The translations under genes were made by a program, and so were the position numbers. From NCBI GenBank assembly GCA_964563365.1, contig CAZLVR010000001.1, forward strand, positions 1 through 50,128: a stretch of DNA of 50,128 bases, written 5' to 3'. This stretch comes from an uncultured Candidatus Saccharibacteria bacterium (GTDB lineage Bacteria > Patescibacteriota > Minisyncoccia > Phycocordibacterales > Phycocordibacteraceae). The notes below the pieces were generated by a model. The model worked only from the letters and a program-made list of their open reading frames with translations. It was not told where the DNA came from and searched no databases. This document shows positions 8,180-16,785 of the stretch, one piece after another (the first letter of the stretch is position 1; every line of letters starts with the position of its first letter).

Positions 8180-8479
8180 ATGCGTATCATGTCCTTTGAT
8201 GAGGCAAACGTATTTCTGGGCGCCTATCCAGAGGTGCGTGCTGCGCTCGACCGGGATGGGTTCGAGCATGTCGAACGGCTCGCGGGGCGCATCACCGACG
8301 TGGTGCGGCGCGAGCGTCTCATGCGCGGCGAGATCATGCCGGAGGAGGATGTTCCTCCGCTTGGCCCGACTACGCTTGCCGAGTACGAGACGGCGCGGGA
8401 TGCCGGGAAATGCGACAATGCAAAGTTCGTCGCTGCCGTCTACGTCTATGTGCATGCTCGTGCGAAAACCGCAGCCTAA
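8180..8479 (+). CDS. Hypothetical protein (99 aa)
   Basis: AAGGAGG lies 7 nt upstream of ATG 8180, the composition is protein-like, and a strong terminator follows. Confidence 0.6.
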   Translation: MRIMSFDEANVFLGAYPEVRAALDRDGFEHVERLAGRITDVVRRERLMRGEIMPEEDVPPLGPTTLAEYETARDAGKCDNAKFVAAVYVYVHARAKTAA

Positions 8480-8496
8480 GACTTATCTCATCTCAG

Positions 8497-8524
8497 AAAC
8501 GCGCCCCGCAAGGGGCGCGTTTTT
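8497..8524 (+). terminator. Rho-independent terminator
   Basis: aaacgcgcccc-gcaa-ggggcgcgttt forms an 11-bp stem with a GCAA loop and a T-run. Confidence 0.8.
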
Positions 8525-8994
8525 CCATACAGATGAAGAGGGTATGATCGTTCCATTGAAACTTTATGGAAGTGTGGTAGGGTCAGACCCAGACGTTCCT
8601 TGCCATCACTCCAGACTATCGGTTGATGACTGGGCGTCCTGCGTGCGTGAGCACGCGGCCGGGCTTGAGACCGGGCCTCCCGCTGCCGAGACCTCGCGCA
8701 CTACGCGCCACGTTTCCGCAGCGGCACGCCTGCGCGCCTCGCCTCGCCGCCTCCTCACACCATGCACGCTATTCGCAGAATTCACATTCACAGGTACAAC
8801 CTTGTCCGTGCCGTCGGGTGGCGCCTTGGTCGGCGACACTCGGCGGTACGGTAAGCGTGTGAGAGCACGCGACTGTCATGAACAGGGCCTCCCTCTTCCG
8901 GAATCTCGCGCGCACATGCGCTACGTTCCCGAAGAGGCACGCCCAGGCTTCTTTCAGTCGTTTTCTCTCGACTCACGCTAGCAAGGAGGCATCA

Positions 8995-9636
8995 ATGTCT
9001 GAACCGGAACACGAACGCGGCGACGACCTGTTTTTCACGGGGCCCGATAGGGCATTCCTGATGCGTCTGTTCACCGCGATGCCGGCAATGACACGAAAGC
9101 AGATGAGAGATTGGACGACCGGTCCTGCGGAGCATATCCAGCATGTTCTCGCGCCGTTCGCCCTATCTCCCGTGGCTTTCGAAAGCCACGAACTACCCAT
9201 AGTCACAACCGATCGTTTCTCCAACCGGGACCGGAAGGCCCAGAAGGAGGAGATCGCGCGGATGAAAGACCGACTCTTGCAGCATTCCATCGCGAAATCG
9301 ATGGACGAGGAGCGGATGGTGTTCTCACCGGTCGTGGTGACACCGTCGAAGCTCGGCTTCAAGAAGAAAGTCGCATACGCCGAGATCCTCCACCAGGCTC
9401 TCCGCTCGGGCCGGGTCCAGACCCTGTCGTTCGTTCAGGCATACGAAATCGCCGTTCGCGCGGAAGACTTCGCGGGCGGGAGCAACCGGATCATTACCGG
9501 CATGACCCCGTTCGACGACGCTGTCATCTGTGCGAGCGAGGACAAGAAAAGCCTGATATGGAACCCGGAACCGCTCGATGTCGCGCCCCCGATCACCGTA
9601 CCCCTGAACATGCCTATCGTGTTCGCGGCGAAGTGA
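8995..9636 (+). CDS. Hypothetical protein (213 aa)
   Basis: AAGGAGG lies 5-6 nt upstream of ATG 8995, an internal start of track ORF 8878..9636. I recognise no domain. Confidence 0.6.
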   Translation: MSEPEHERGDDLFFTGPDRAFLMRLFTAMPAMTRKQMRDWTTGPAEHIQHVLAPFALSPVAFESHELPIVTTDRFSNRDRKAQKEEIARMKDRLLQHSIAKSMDEERMVFSPVVVTPSKLGFKKKVAYAEILHQALRSGRVQTLSFVQAYEIAVRAEDFAGGSNRIITGMTPFDDAVICASEDKKSLIWNPEPLDVAPPITVPLNMPIVFAAK

Positions 9637-9691
9637 TTCGGCATACCGACTCGATGGTCTCGCAGAGAACGTCACGGAGTGATGGAATTGG

Positions 9692-9720
9692 GCGCTCGCT
9701 TCGGCGGGCGCTTTTCCTTT
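9692..9720 (+). terminator. Rho-independent terminator
   Basis: gcgctcgc-ttcg-gcgggcgc forms an 8-bp stem (one G-U pair) with a UUCG loop, followed by ttttcctttt. Confidence 0.65.
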
Positions 9721-9791
9721 TATATAGTTGACGGGTGCACCGCGCGGCAGTAGGGTAGGAATCCGATACCGGTGGCAGAAAGGAGAGTCCG

Positions 9792-10109
9792 ATGGCCATG
9801 GATATCAGCGTACGTGATCTTTTGCGTATGTCCGTGCCTGCCCTGAGGTTCCTCGCGGAACTGAACGGCTGTCGCGGATTCATCACGGAGGAGGACGTCG
9901 AGGAGGTGAAAACGCTCGACGGAGCTCCGCTCGCAGCGCTCGTCACGCACCTTGCGGATCAAGTCGAGTGTATTGACGACGCGGACGTGCAACGCACGTT
10001 GCAGCGCTTGCGGATACATGTCGTCGCATACCTCGCGATGGCGGACGTATGCGCGAAGGAGTATGCAGCCGTAAGTGACGCATATCGCGCGTTCGCAGTC
10101 TCGGCATGA
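9792..10109 (+). CDS. Hypothetical acidic protein (105 aa)
   Basis: AAAGGAGAG lies upstream of ATG 9792. I recognise no domain. Confidence 0.55.
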   Translation: MAMDISVRDLLRMSVPALRFLAELNGCRGFITEEDVEEVKTLDGAPLAALVTHLADQVECIDDADVQRTLQRLRIHVVAYLAMADVCAKEYAAVSDAYRAFAVSA

Positions 10110-10168
10110 GTAGAGGGCGGCGGATTCTTCACGGGATCCGTCGCTCTTTCTGTCAGTGACGTATACTA

Positions 10169-11932
10169 GTGATGATGGATAATCCGGAGCGAGTCACATA
10201 CTTCGCAGCAACCGATACGCGTGGCAGGCGCGCGCCGTTTGGCATCAAGCAGAAGGATCGTGCGCGCCACATGTACATCATCGGTAAGACGGGCATGGGC
10301 AAATCGACCCTACTTGAGAACATGGCCATCCAGGACATCCAGAACGGCGAAGGGCTCGGCTTCATCGACCCGCACGGCGGGACCGTCGACAAGCTCCTCG
10401 ACTACGTCCCGGAGCACCGCGTGAAGGACGTCGTGTATTTTGCGCCCTTCGATATGGACCATCCGATCGCGTTCAACGTGATGGAGGACGTGGGGTATGA
10501 CAAGCGCCACCTCGTTGTGTCGGGACTTATGGCTGCGTTCAAGAAGATCTGGGTCGACGCGTGGTCAGCGCGCATGGAGTACATCCTCACGAATACGCTC
10601 CTCGCGCTCCTTGAATACCCGGACGCGACCTTGCTCTCGGTGAACCGCATGTATACCGACAAGACGTTCCGGAAGAAAGTAGTTGAATGTGTGAAGGATC
10701 CCGTCGTGAAGGACTTCTGGACGAAGGAGTTCGCCACCTATACGGACCGCTATACTCAGGAGGCGACCCCTGCGATTCAGAACAAGATCGGTCAGTTCAC
10801 GAGCAATCCGCTCATAAGGAATATCATCGGCCAGCCGAAATCATCCTTCGATATCCGGCAGATGATGGACGATCGCAAGATCCTCATCATGAACTTGTCG
10901 AAAGGGCAGGTGGGCGACACAAACACCCAGCTCCTCGGCTCTATGCTCACGACGCGCATCTTCCTTGCTGCGATCAGCCGCGCCGACGCCTCCGCATCGG
11001 AGCTTGCCCGGCTCCCGAACTTCTTTTTCTACGTCGACGAGTTCCAAAACTTCGCGAACGAGACATTCTCGGAAATATTGTCCGAGGCCCGTAAATACAA
11101 GCTCAACCTTACCATCGCGCACCAGTACGTAGAGCAAATGGAGGAAGAAGTGGCGGCAGCCGTCTTCGGTAACGTTGGCACGACCGTCGCGTTCCGGGTG
11201 GGTCCCTTCGACGCTGAGAAGCTCGAGACTATTTTCACACCGGAGTTCACCCAGGAGGACCTCGTGAACCTCGGCTTCGCGCAGATCTACCTCTCCCTTA
11301 TGATTGACGGCATCGGCTCGCGGCCGTTCTCCGCGACCACGCTCCCGCCCATCCATCCGCCGAAGCGAAGCTTCCGCAAGGAAGTGATCGCGTCCTCCCG
11401 TGAGCATTTTGGCGCGCCGCGCGCGAAGATAGAGCAGATGATACTCGACGAGCTCTCCGCAGCGCAGGATGCGGCACTCGCGGAAGCTGCATCAAAGCCG
11501 CCAAGCGGCCCGGGCAAGAAAGGTCAGAAGGGTGGATTCGATCGTCCTAAGAAGCAGGGCTCCCCGCCGCCGCCCTCACGCGTCGAGCCGGGAGATCTGA
11601 GAGCCGCGATTGCCGCCCTGTCCGAGAAGACTGGTGCGGAGACTGCGAAGAAAGCGGAGGAGAAGCATGAGGCGATAGCGTCGGCGCTTACGGCGGTCGT
11701 GCCGCCGTCATCTGCGCCTGCGCATCCTGGTTCCGTCCAGGCGGCGCCACAGTCGGAGCGCCGCGCCGCGCCGCAGAAGCCCACGCCCACGAAGGAGCAT
11801 AGAGCGGAGACTCGGAAGCCTCGCGAGGAGCGGCAGGCTCCGCATGAGCCATCTTTGCCGAAGAGCGAGGAGAAAAAAGGGTTTGAGGTCCCGGAGGAGA
11901 GCCTTAAAGCCGTTTTCGAGGACCATATATAG
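10169..11932 (+). CDS. TraD/VirD4-like (type IV coupling-protein-like) P-loop NTPase, soluble, with a ~170-aa disordered Pro/Lys/Glu-rich C-terminal tail
   Basis: Walker A IIGKTGMGKSTLLENM, Walker B FFFYVDEFQNFA, and ARKYKLNLTIAHQYVEQM, which matches the T4CP all-alpha/Q-motif region. There is no N-terminal TM helix. The start is GTG 10169 or ATG 10172. Confidence 0.7.
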   Translation: MMMDNPERVTYFAATDTRGRRAPFGIKQKDRARHMYIIGKTGMGKSTLLENMAIQDIQNGEGLGFIDPHGGTVDKLLDYVPEHRVKDVVYFAPFDMDHPIAFNVMEDVGYDKRHLVVSGLMAAFKKIWVDAWSARMEYILTNTLLALLEYPDATLLSVNRMYTDKTFRKKVVECVKDPVVKDFWTKEFATYTDRYTQEATPAIQNKIGQFTSNPLIRNIIGQPKSSFDIRQMMDDRKILIMNLSKGQVGDTNTQLLGSMLTTRIFLAAISRADASASELARLPNFFFYVDEFQNFANETFSEILSEARKYKLNLTIAHQYVEQMEEEVAAAVFGNVGTTVAFRVGPFDAEKLETIFTPEFTQEDLVNLGFAQIYLSLMIDGIGSRPFSATTLPPIHPPKRSFRKEVIASSREHFGAPRAKIEQMILDELSAAQDAALAEAASKPPSGPGKKGQKGGFDRPKKQGSPPPPSRVEPGDLRAAIAALSEKTGAETAKKAEEKHEAIASALTAVVPPSSAPAHPGSVQAAPQSERRAAPQKPTPTKEHRAETRKPREERQAPHEPSLPKSEEKKGFEVPEESLKAVFEDHI

Positions 11933-11974
11933 AAGTTGGCGCCGCCCCTCCTGCCGGGCTATGCTTGCTAGACC

Positions 11975-12823
11975 ATGAAGACGATTCTCGTGACCGGAGG
12001 GGCCGGGTTCATCGGCACGCACCTGGTGCGGCGGCTCGTTGCTGAAGGATACCGAGTCATCTCTCTCGATAACTATTTCACTGGCAGTCGGGCTAATCAC
12101 GTGGCGGGGGCTGAGTACCGTGAAGGCCACACCAAGGATATCGCTCAGCTCGTGAAAGAGACGCCGGATCTCATCTATCATCTCGGCGAATACTCGCGTG
12201 CGGAACAGAGCGTGCCCGAGCCGGCGCTCGTCTTTGACTTGAATATCGTCGGCACGTTCGGCGTTCTCGAATTCTGGCGCACGAACGGGTGCAAGCTTGT
12301 CTATGCGGGGTCATCGACAAAATTCGCAGACGGCGGCTTAGGCCGCGATCAGTCCCCATACGCGTTTACAAAGGCAACAAATACCGAACTCGTCCGGAAC
12401 TATGCTTCCTGGTACGGGATGCCGTATGCGATCTCCTATTTTTACAATGTGTATGGCCCCGGAGAACGTGCTGGCGCATACGGTACCGTTATCGAGATTT
12501 TCCGGCAGAAGCGCCTCGCTGGCGAGCCGCTCACGGTGAATGCGCCCGGCACTCAGAAGCGTAATTTCACGCACATCGATGATATCGTCGACGGCCTCAT
12601 CCTCGTCGGCGAGAAGGGAGAAGGGGACGACTTCGGCATTGGAAATGCGGAGTCCTTCTCGATACTCGACGTAGCGAAGCTGTTCGGCGGCGATATCGTC
12701 ATGAAGCCCGAGGTTGCCGGCAACCGGATGGAGTCGTCTATTGATACGAGCAAGACGGAGCTTCTCGGCTGGCAAGCGATGCGGCGCCTGCCGGACTACG
12801 TGCGCGACACGCTTTCTTCATGA
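11975..12823 (+). CDS. NAD-dependent epimerase/dehydratase (extended SDR; UDP-glucuronate decarboxylase-like N-terminus)
   Basis: ILVTGGAGFIGTHL, LDNYFTGS, and the catalytic YxxxK in SPYAFTKAT. Confidence 0.85.
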   Translation: MKTILVTGGAGFIGTHLVRRLVAEGYRVISLDNYFTGSRANHVAGAEYREGHTKDIAQLVKETPDLIYHLGEYSRAEQSVPEPALVFDLNIVGTFGVLEFWRTNGCKLVYAGSSTKFADGGLGRDQSPYAFTKATNTELVRNYASWYGMPYAISYFYNVYGPGERAGAYGTVIEIFRQKRLAGEPLTVNAPGTQKRNFTHIDDIVDGLILVGEKGEGDDFGIGNAESFSILDVAKLFGGDIVMKPEVAGNRMESSIDTSKTELLGWQAMRRLPDYVRDTLSS

Positions 12824-13794
12824 GTACCACGCATCCTGCAAGCCTTGTCATCTCGCTCGATTTCGAGCTCTTCTGGGGGATGTCTGACAAGACAACCCTC
12901 ACTGAGTACGGTGCGAACGTGCGCGGAGTGCGGGAGGCCGTGCCACGCATGCTCGAGCTATTCCGGGCGCATGGCATACGCGCCACGTGGGCAACCGTCG
13001 GCATGCTCGCCTTCGAATCGAGGCAGGACCTGTTCGCCGCACTTCCTTCGAAGCGCCCGGCATACAAGGATGCGCGGCTTTCTGCATATACGCACCTTGC
13101 CGGGAATCAGGTGGGGAAAAACGAGCAGACAGATGTGTACCATTTCGGTCCGTCCCTTATTCGAGAGATCACCGCGGTGCAGGGGCAGGAGATAGGGAGT
13201 CATACTTTCTCCCACTACTACTGCAAAGAAGACGGACAGGACGCTGAGACGTTCCGAGCAGATCTCGAAGCCGCTGCTAAGGCTCTCTCGCACTATGCGC
13301 CCCGTCCTATCTCACTTGTCTTGCCCCGTAACCAGTGGCGTGAGGACTATCTTTCGGTAGCAAAAGAAACCGGCATCCGTGTCTTTCGTGGGAATCCGGA
13401 GAGCGCAATATACGCTCCCCGTGCCGAACAGGCACAGACAAACCCGGCAGTCCGCGCACTCCGGCTCATCGATCAGTACATACCGCTCTTCGGCTCTCAT
13501 ACGGCATCCGCGCGAGAGGTTACTGGCGTCGTGAACGTTCCTGCGAGCATGTTCCTGCGCCCATACTCGACGGCGCTCCGCGTGTTCGAGCCTGTGCGCC
13601 GTGCCCGTCTCAAGGCCGCCATGACGGCAGCGGCAAAGGCAGGCGGGATCTTTCATTTGTGGTGGCATCCGCATAATTTTGGAAAGAACGTCGACGACAA
13701 TATCCGCACGCTCGCTGAGCTTCTCGCGCATTTCGATACTCTCCGCGAACGGTACGGGATGGAGAGCAGGAACATGGGGGACTTCGCCGTATGA
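12820..13794 (+). CDS. Polysaccharide deacetylase (CE4) family protein
   Basis: LVISLDFELFWGM at the N-terminus and the His motif IGSHTFSHY. Shares a 4-nt overlap with the upstream gene. Confidence 0.7.
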   Translation: MSTTHPASLVISLDFELFWGMSDKTTLTEYGANVRGVREAVPRMLELFRAHGIRATWATVGMLAFESRQDLFAALPSKRPAYKDARLSAYTHLAGNQVGKNEQTDVYHFGPSLIREITAVQGQEIGSHTFSHYYCKEDGQDAETFRADLEAAAKALSHYAPRPISLVLPRNQWREDYLSVAKETGIRVFRGNPESAIYAPRAEQAQTNPAVRALRLIDQYIPLFGSHTASAREVTGVVNVPASMFLRPYSTALRVFEPVRRARLKAAMTAAAKAGGIFHLWWHPHNFGKNVDDNIRTLAELLAHFDTLRERYGMESRNMGDFAV

Positions 13795-14534
13795 ATGCGC
13801 TCGCGATTCTTACCCAGAGTACGATTGATGCGGAACGTTTGTACGCTGCGTTCAAGGACGAATGCCGGGTCGTCGCAGTGCTCGTCGAGGATGGCCCGTC
13901 GAAGCTTTCCATCTTCTCCCGGCGCATGAAGCGCACCGGCTTCCTCGATGCGTTCGGCCAGGCACTCATGGTTCTTCTTGTCATGCCCGCACTCCGGTTC
14001 CTGTCGCGGGAGCGTATACGCACGCTTGAGTCGGTCCCGCACGCGACGGTCCCGACGGAGCTTCTGCATCGCGTTCGTTCCGTAAACGACGCCGACGCTC
14101 GCGCGGTGCTCCGTGCCGCATCTCCGGACACGATTCTCGTCTACGGTACGCGGCTTCTCTCGAAGCTCTTCCTCGAAGAGGTACATGCACGTATCGTGAA
14201 CATCCATGCGGGCATCACGCCGGAATACCGCGGCGGGCACGGCGCGTACTGGGCGTTCGCGGAAGGGCGCCCGGAGCTCGCGGGCGTCACGCTTCATAAG
14301 ATAGATGAAGGCATCGATACGGGAGAGATACTCGCTCAGGCGACCATCGTGCCGTCCGTGCACGATTCATTTGTCACGTATCCGATACTTCAGCGCGAGC
14401 TCGGCATCGAGCTCGCGAAGAGCTATCTTCGTTCCGGCGAGACTCGTCCGGCGCTCGGGAAGGAGAAAGGCCCGCTGTATACACACCCGACCGCATGGAA
14501 GTATTTTTCGCTGCGCCGCACGGGCGTTCGCTAG
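13791..14534 (+). CDS. Formyltransferase-family protein
   Basis: IVNIHAGITPEYRGGHG (the N-x-H motif) and HKIDEGIDTGEIL (the Asp motif) are typical of Formyl_trans_N. Confidence 0.7.
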   Translation: MNALAILTQSTIDAERLYAAFKDECRVVAVLVEDGPSKLSIFSRRMKRTGFLDAFGQALMVLLVMPALRFLSRERIRTLESVPHATVPTELLHRVRSVNDADARAVLRAASPDTILVYGTRLLSKLFLEEVHARIVNIHAGITPEYRGGHGAYWAFAEGRPELAGVTLHKIDEGIDTGEILAQATIVPSVHDSFVTYPILQRELGIELAKSYLRSGETRPALGKEKGPLYTHPTAWKYFSLRRTGVR

Positions 14535-14536
14535 CC

Positions 14537-15742
14537 ATGAAAAAGATACTTATCTTCTCGCTGACCTACTATCCGACGCGCGTCGGCGGGGCCGAGGTCG
14601 CCATCAAGGAGATTACTGACCGTATCCCGAGCGAAGAAATCGAGTTTCATATGGTGACGCTCCAGGTTGACGCGACACTACCGAAAACGGAGCGGCTCGG
14701 CAACGTGACGCTTCATCGCGTCGGCATGTCCGCGAACATTCGCGAGCTTTCCGGCCGCGTTCCGCTATCGATCAAGATCGCGAAGGCGCTGTACCCGCTC
14801 GACGCATTCTGCGCCGCGCTTGCGCTTCATAGGACCTATCGGTTCGACGGCGTGTGGGCGATGATGGCCGCGTATGCCGGGTTCGCCGCGCTCTTCTTCA
14901 AACTTGCGCATCCGACGGTTCCGTATCTCCTCACGCTCCAGGAGGGAGATCCAATCCCGTACATCCTTGAAAAGGTGAAGCATGTGCGATTCCTCTTCAA
15001 TCGCATCTTCGAGAAGGCGAACCGCATCCAGACCATTTCGACGCATCTTGCTGACTGGGCTCGCTCGATGGGATACCGCGGCGAAGTCGCGCTCATACCG
15101 AATGGAGTCGATACAGCGCGCTTTGCGCACGCATTCCCGCAGGCGGAACGGTCTGCCTTACGCTCAACTCTCGGCGCTGACAACGAAACGCTCCTGGTGA
15201 CTACCTCGCGTCTCGTCGAGAAGAACGGCATCGATGACGTGATTCGCGCGCTCCCGCAGGTACCGAACGTGCGCTTTCTCGTCTACGGTACGGGGCCCGA
15301 CGACGCGAAGCTCAAAGCGCTGGCCGAGCAGGAGGGCGTCCTTGACCGCGTCTCCTTCAAGGGACAGGCGAGCCACACGGAGCTGCCGCTCATCCTCGCG
15401 GCCTCGGATATCTTCATACGTCCGTCCCGCTCGGAGGGTATGGGCAACTCCTTCATCGAGGCGATGGCAGCAGGGCTCCCGGTCATCGCCACGCAGGAGG
15501 GCGGAATAGCGGATTTTCTCTTCGATTCGCGTCGTGATCCGGAACTGCCTGCGACCGGCTTCGTCGTGGACAAGGATTCGCCCGCGCAGATAGCGGACGC
15601 CATAGAGCGCGTCATGGCGCATCCGGCCGAGACGGCGAGGGTTGTCGAGAATGCCAGGAAGCTTGCCCTCGAGAAGTACGACTGGCCGCTTATTGCACAG
15701 AGTATGCGAGAGGAGTTCCGGAGGCTCCTCGGGGTAGAATAG
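14537..15742 (+). CDS. Glycosyltransferase family 4
   Basis: ATG 14537 (MKKILIFSLTYYPTRVGGAEV) is chosen because it lies 2 nt after the upstream stop. EGMGNSFIEAMAAGLPVIAT is the E-x7-E region. Confidence 0.85.
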   Translation: MKKILIFSLTYYPTRVGGAEVAIKEITDRIPSEEIEFHMVTLQVDATLPKTERLGNVTLHRVGMSANIRELSGRVPLSIKIAKALYPLDAFCAALALHRTYRFDGVWAMMAAYAGFAALFFKLAHPTVPYLLTLQEGDPIPYILEKVKHVRFLFNRIFEKANRIQTISTHLADWARSMGYRGEVALIPNGVDTARFAHAFPQAERSALRSTLGADNETLLVTTSRLVEKNGIDDVIRALPQVPNVRFLVYGTGPDDAKLKALAEQEGVLDRVSFKGQASHTELPLILAASDIFIRPSRSEGMGNSFIEAMAAGLPVIATQEGGIADFLFDSRRDPELPATGFVVDKDSPAQIADAIERVMAHPAETARVVENARKLALEKYDWPLIAQSMREEFRRLLGVE

Positions 15743-15747
15743 CCGCG

Positions 15748-16785
15748 ATGAAGCTCGTCATCGCGACCCCCCTCTATCCGCCCGAGCCCGGAGGCCCGGC
15801 CACCTACGCGAGGCTTCTCGAGAATCATCTGCCTTCGCGCGGCATCGAGGTCACGCTGGTGAAATTCAGCGACGTCAGGCATCTGCCGCGCTTCATACGG
15901 CACTTCGCGTACTACCGCACGGTGCGCGCCGCGCTTAGGGCAGCGGACGCTGTGCTTGCGCTTGACCCGGTGTCGGTCGGACTTCCAGCCATGAAGGCAG
16001 CGAAGAAGGAAGGCAAGCCGTTTTTCGTAAAGATCGTGGGCGACTACGCATGGGAGCAGGGCGTGCAGCGCTTCGGCATCACCGACACGCTCGACGAGTT
16101 CGTGAAGCGGACGAATGTGCCGTTCCCGGTGCGCATGCTCCGCGATATCGAGCGCGATGTCGCGAACGCGGCGAAAGCCGTGATCGTGCCGAGCGAGTAT
16201 CTGAAACGTAGTGTCGCCTCATGGGGAGTTCCGAACGAGAAGATGCACGTCATATACAACGCCGTCGAGGTCGAGAAGATCGGATCGGTCCCGCAGAGGG
16301 TCGCTCGTCTCCCACGGCCGCTTGTCGTTTCCGCCGGTCGCCTTATGCCGTGGAAGCGTATGGATACCGTCATTCTGGCGGCGCGCAAGATCGGCGCATC
16401 GCTCGCCATTGTGGGCGACGGCCCCGAGCGCGGACGGCTCGAGGCGCTTGCGGGTGATGCGGTATTCACGGGCACGCTCTCGCACGAGGATACGCTTGCC
16501 GTCATCGCGAGCGCGAATGCGTTCGCGCTCGCAAGCTCGTACGAAGGTTTCTCGCATCTCCTTATCGAAGCGCGCCTCCTCGGCACGCCCGTAGCGGCGA
16601 CCCGGGCCGGCGGCAATGAGGAAGTGGTCGATCAGGAGTTCCTGGTCCCGGTGGATGATGCGGATGCGCTCGCAACGGCGCTCTCGCGGGCGGTTGCGAG
16701 CGGACGCGTGGATACGGCAGGACCGCGCGAACGGTTCTCTGTTCGCGGTATGATCGACAGCGTGACGGCGCTCATACAGTCATGA
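15748..16785 (+). CDS. Glycosyltransferase family 4
   Basis: MKLVIATPLYPPEPGGPATY at the N-terminus and YEGFSHLLIEARLLGTPVAAT at the C-terminus. Confidence 0.8.
   Translation: MKLVIATPLYPPEPGGPATYARLLENHLPSRGIEVTLVKFSDVRHLPRFIRHFAYYRTVRAALRAADAVLALDPVSVGLPAMKAAKKEGKPFFVKIVGDYAWEQGVQRFGITDTLDEFVKRTNVPFPVRMLRDIERDVANAAKAVIVPSEYLKRSVASWGVPNEKMHVIYNAVEVEKIGSVPQRVARLPRPLVVSAGRLMPWKRMDTVILAARKIGASLAIVGDGPERGRLEALAGDAVFTGTLSHEDTLAVIASANAFALASSYEGFSHLLIEARLLGTPVAATRAGGNEEVVDQEFLVPVDDADALATALSRAVASGRVDTAGPRERFSVRGMIDSVTALIQS

Noticed and set aside
8109-8981. 290-aa track ORF spanning the 8180 gene, its terminator and the long gap
   Set aside because: It reads in another frame across a well-supported SD-led gene and straight through a strong intrinsic terminator. 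Its composition is extremely rich in Arg, Ser, Pro, Cys and His. Only its tail (8544..8981) is kept, as a low-probability alternative in a finding.
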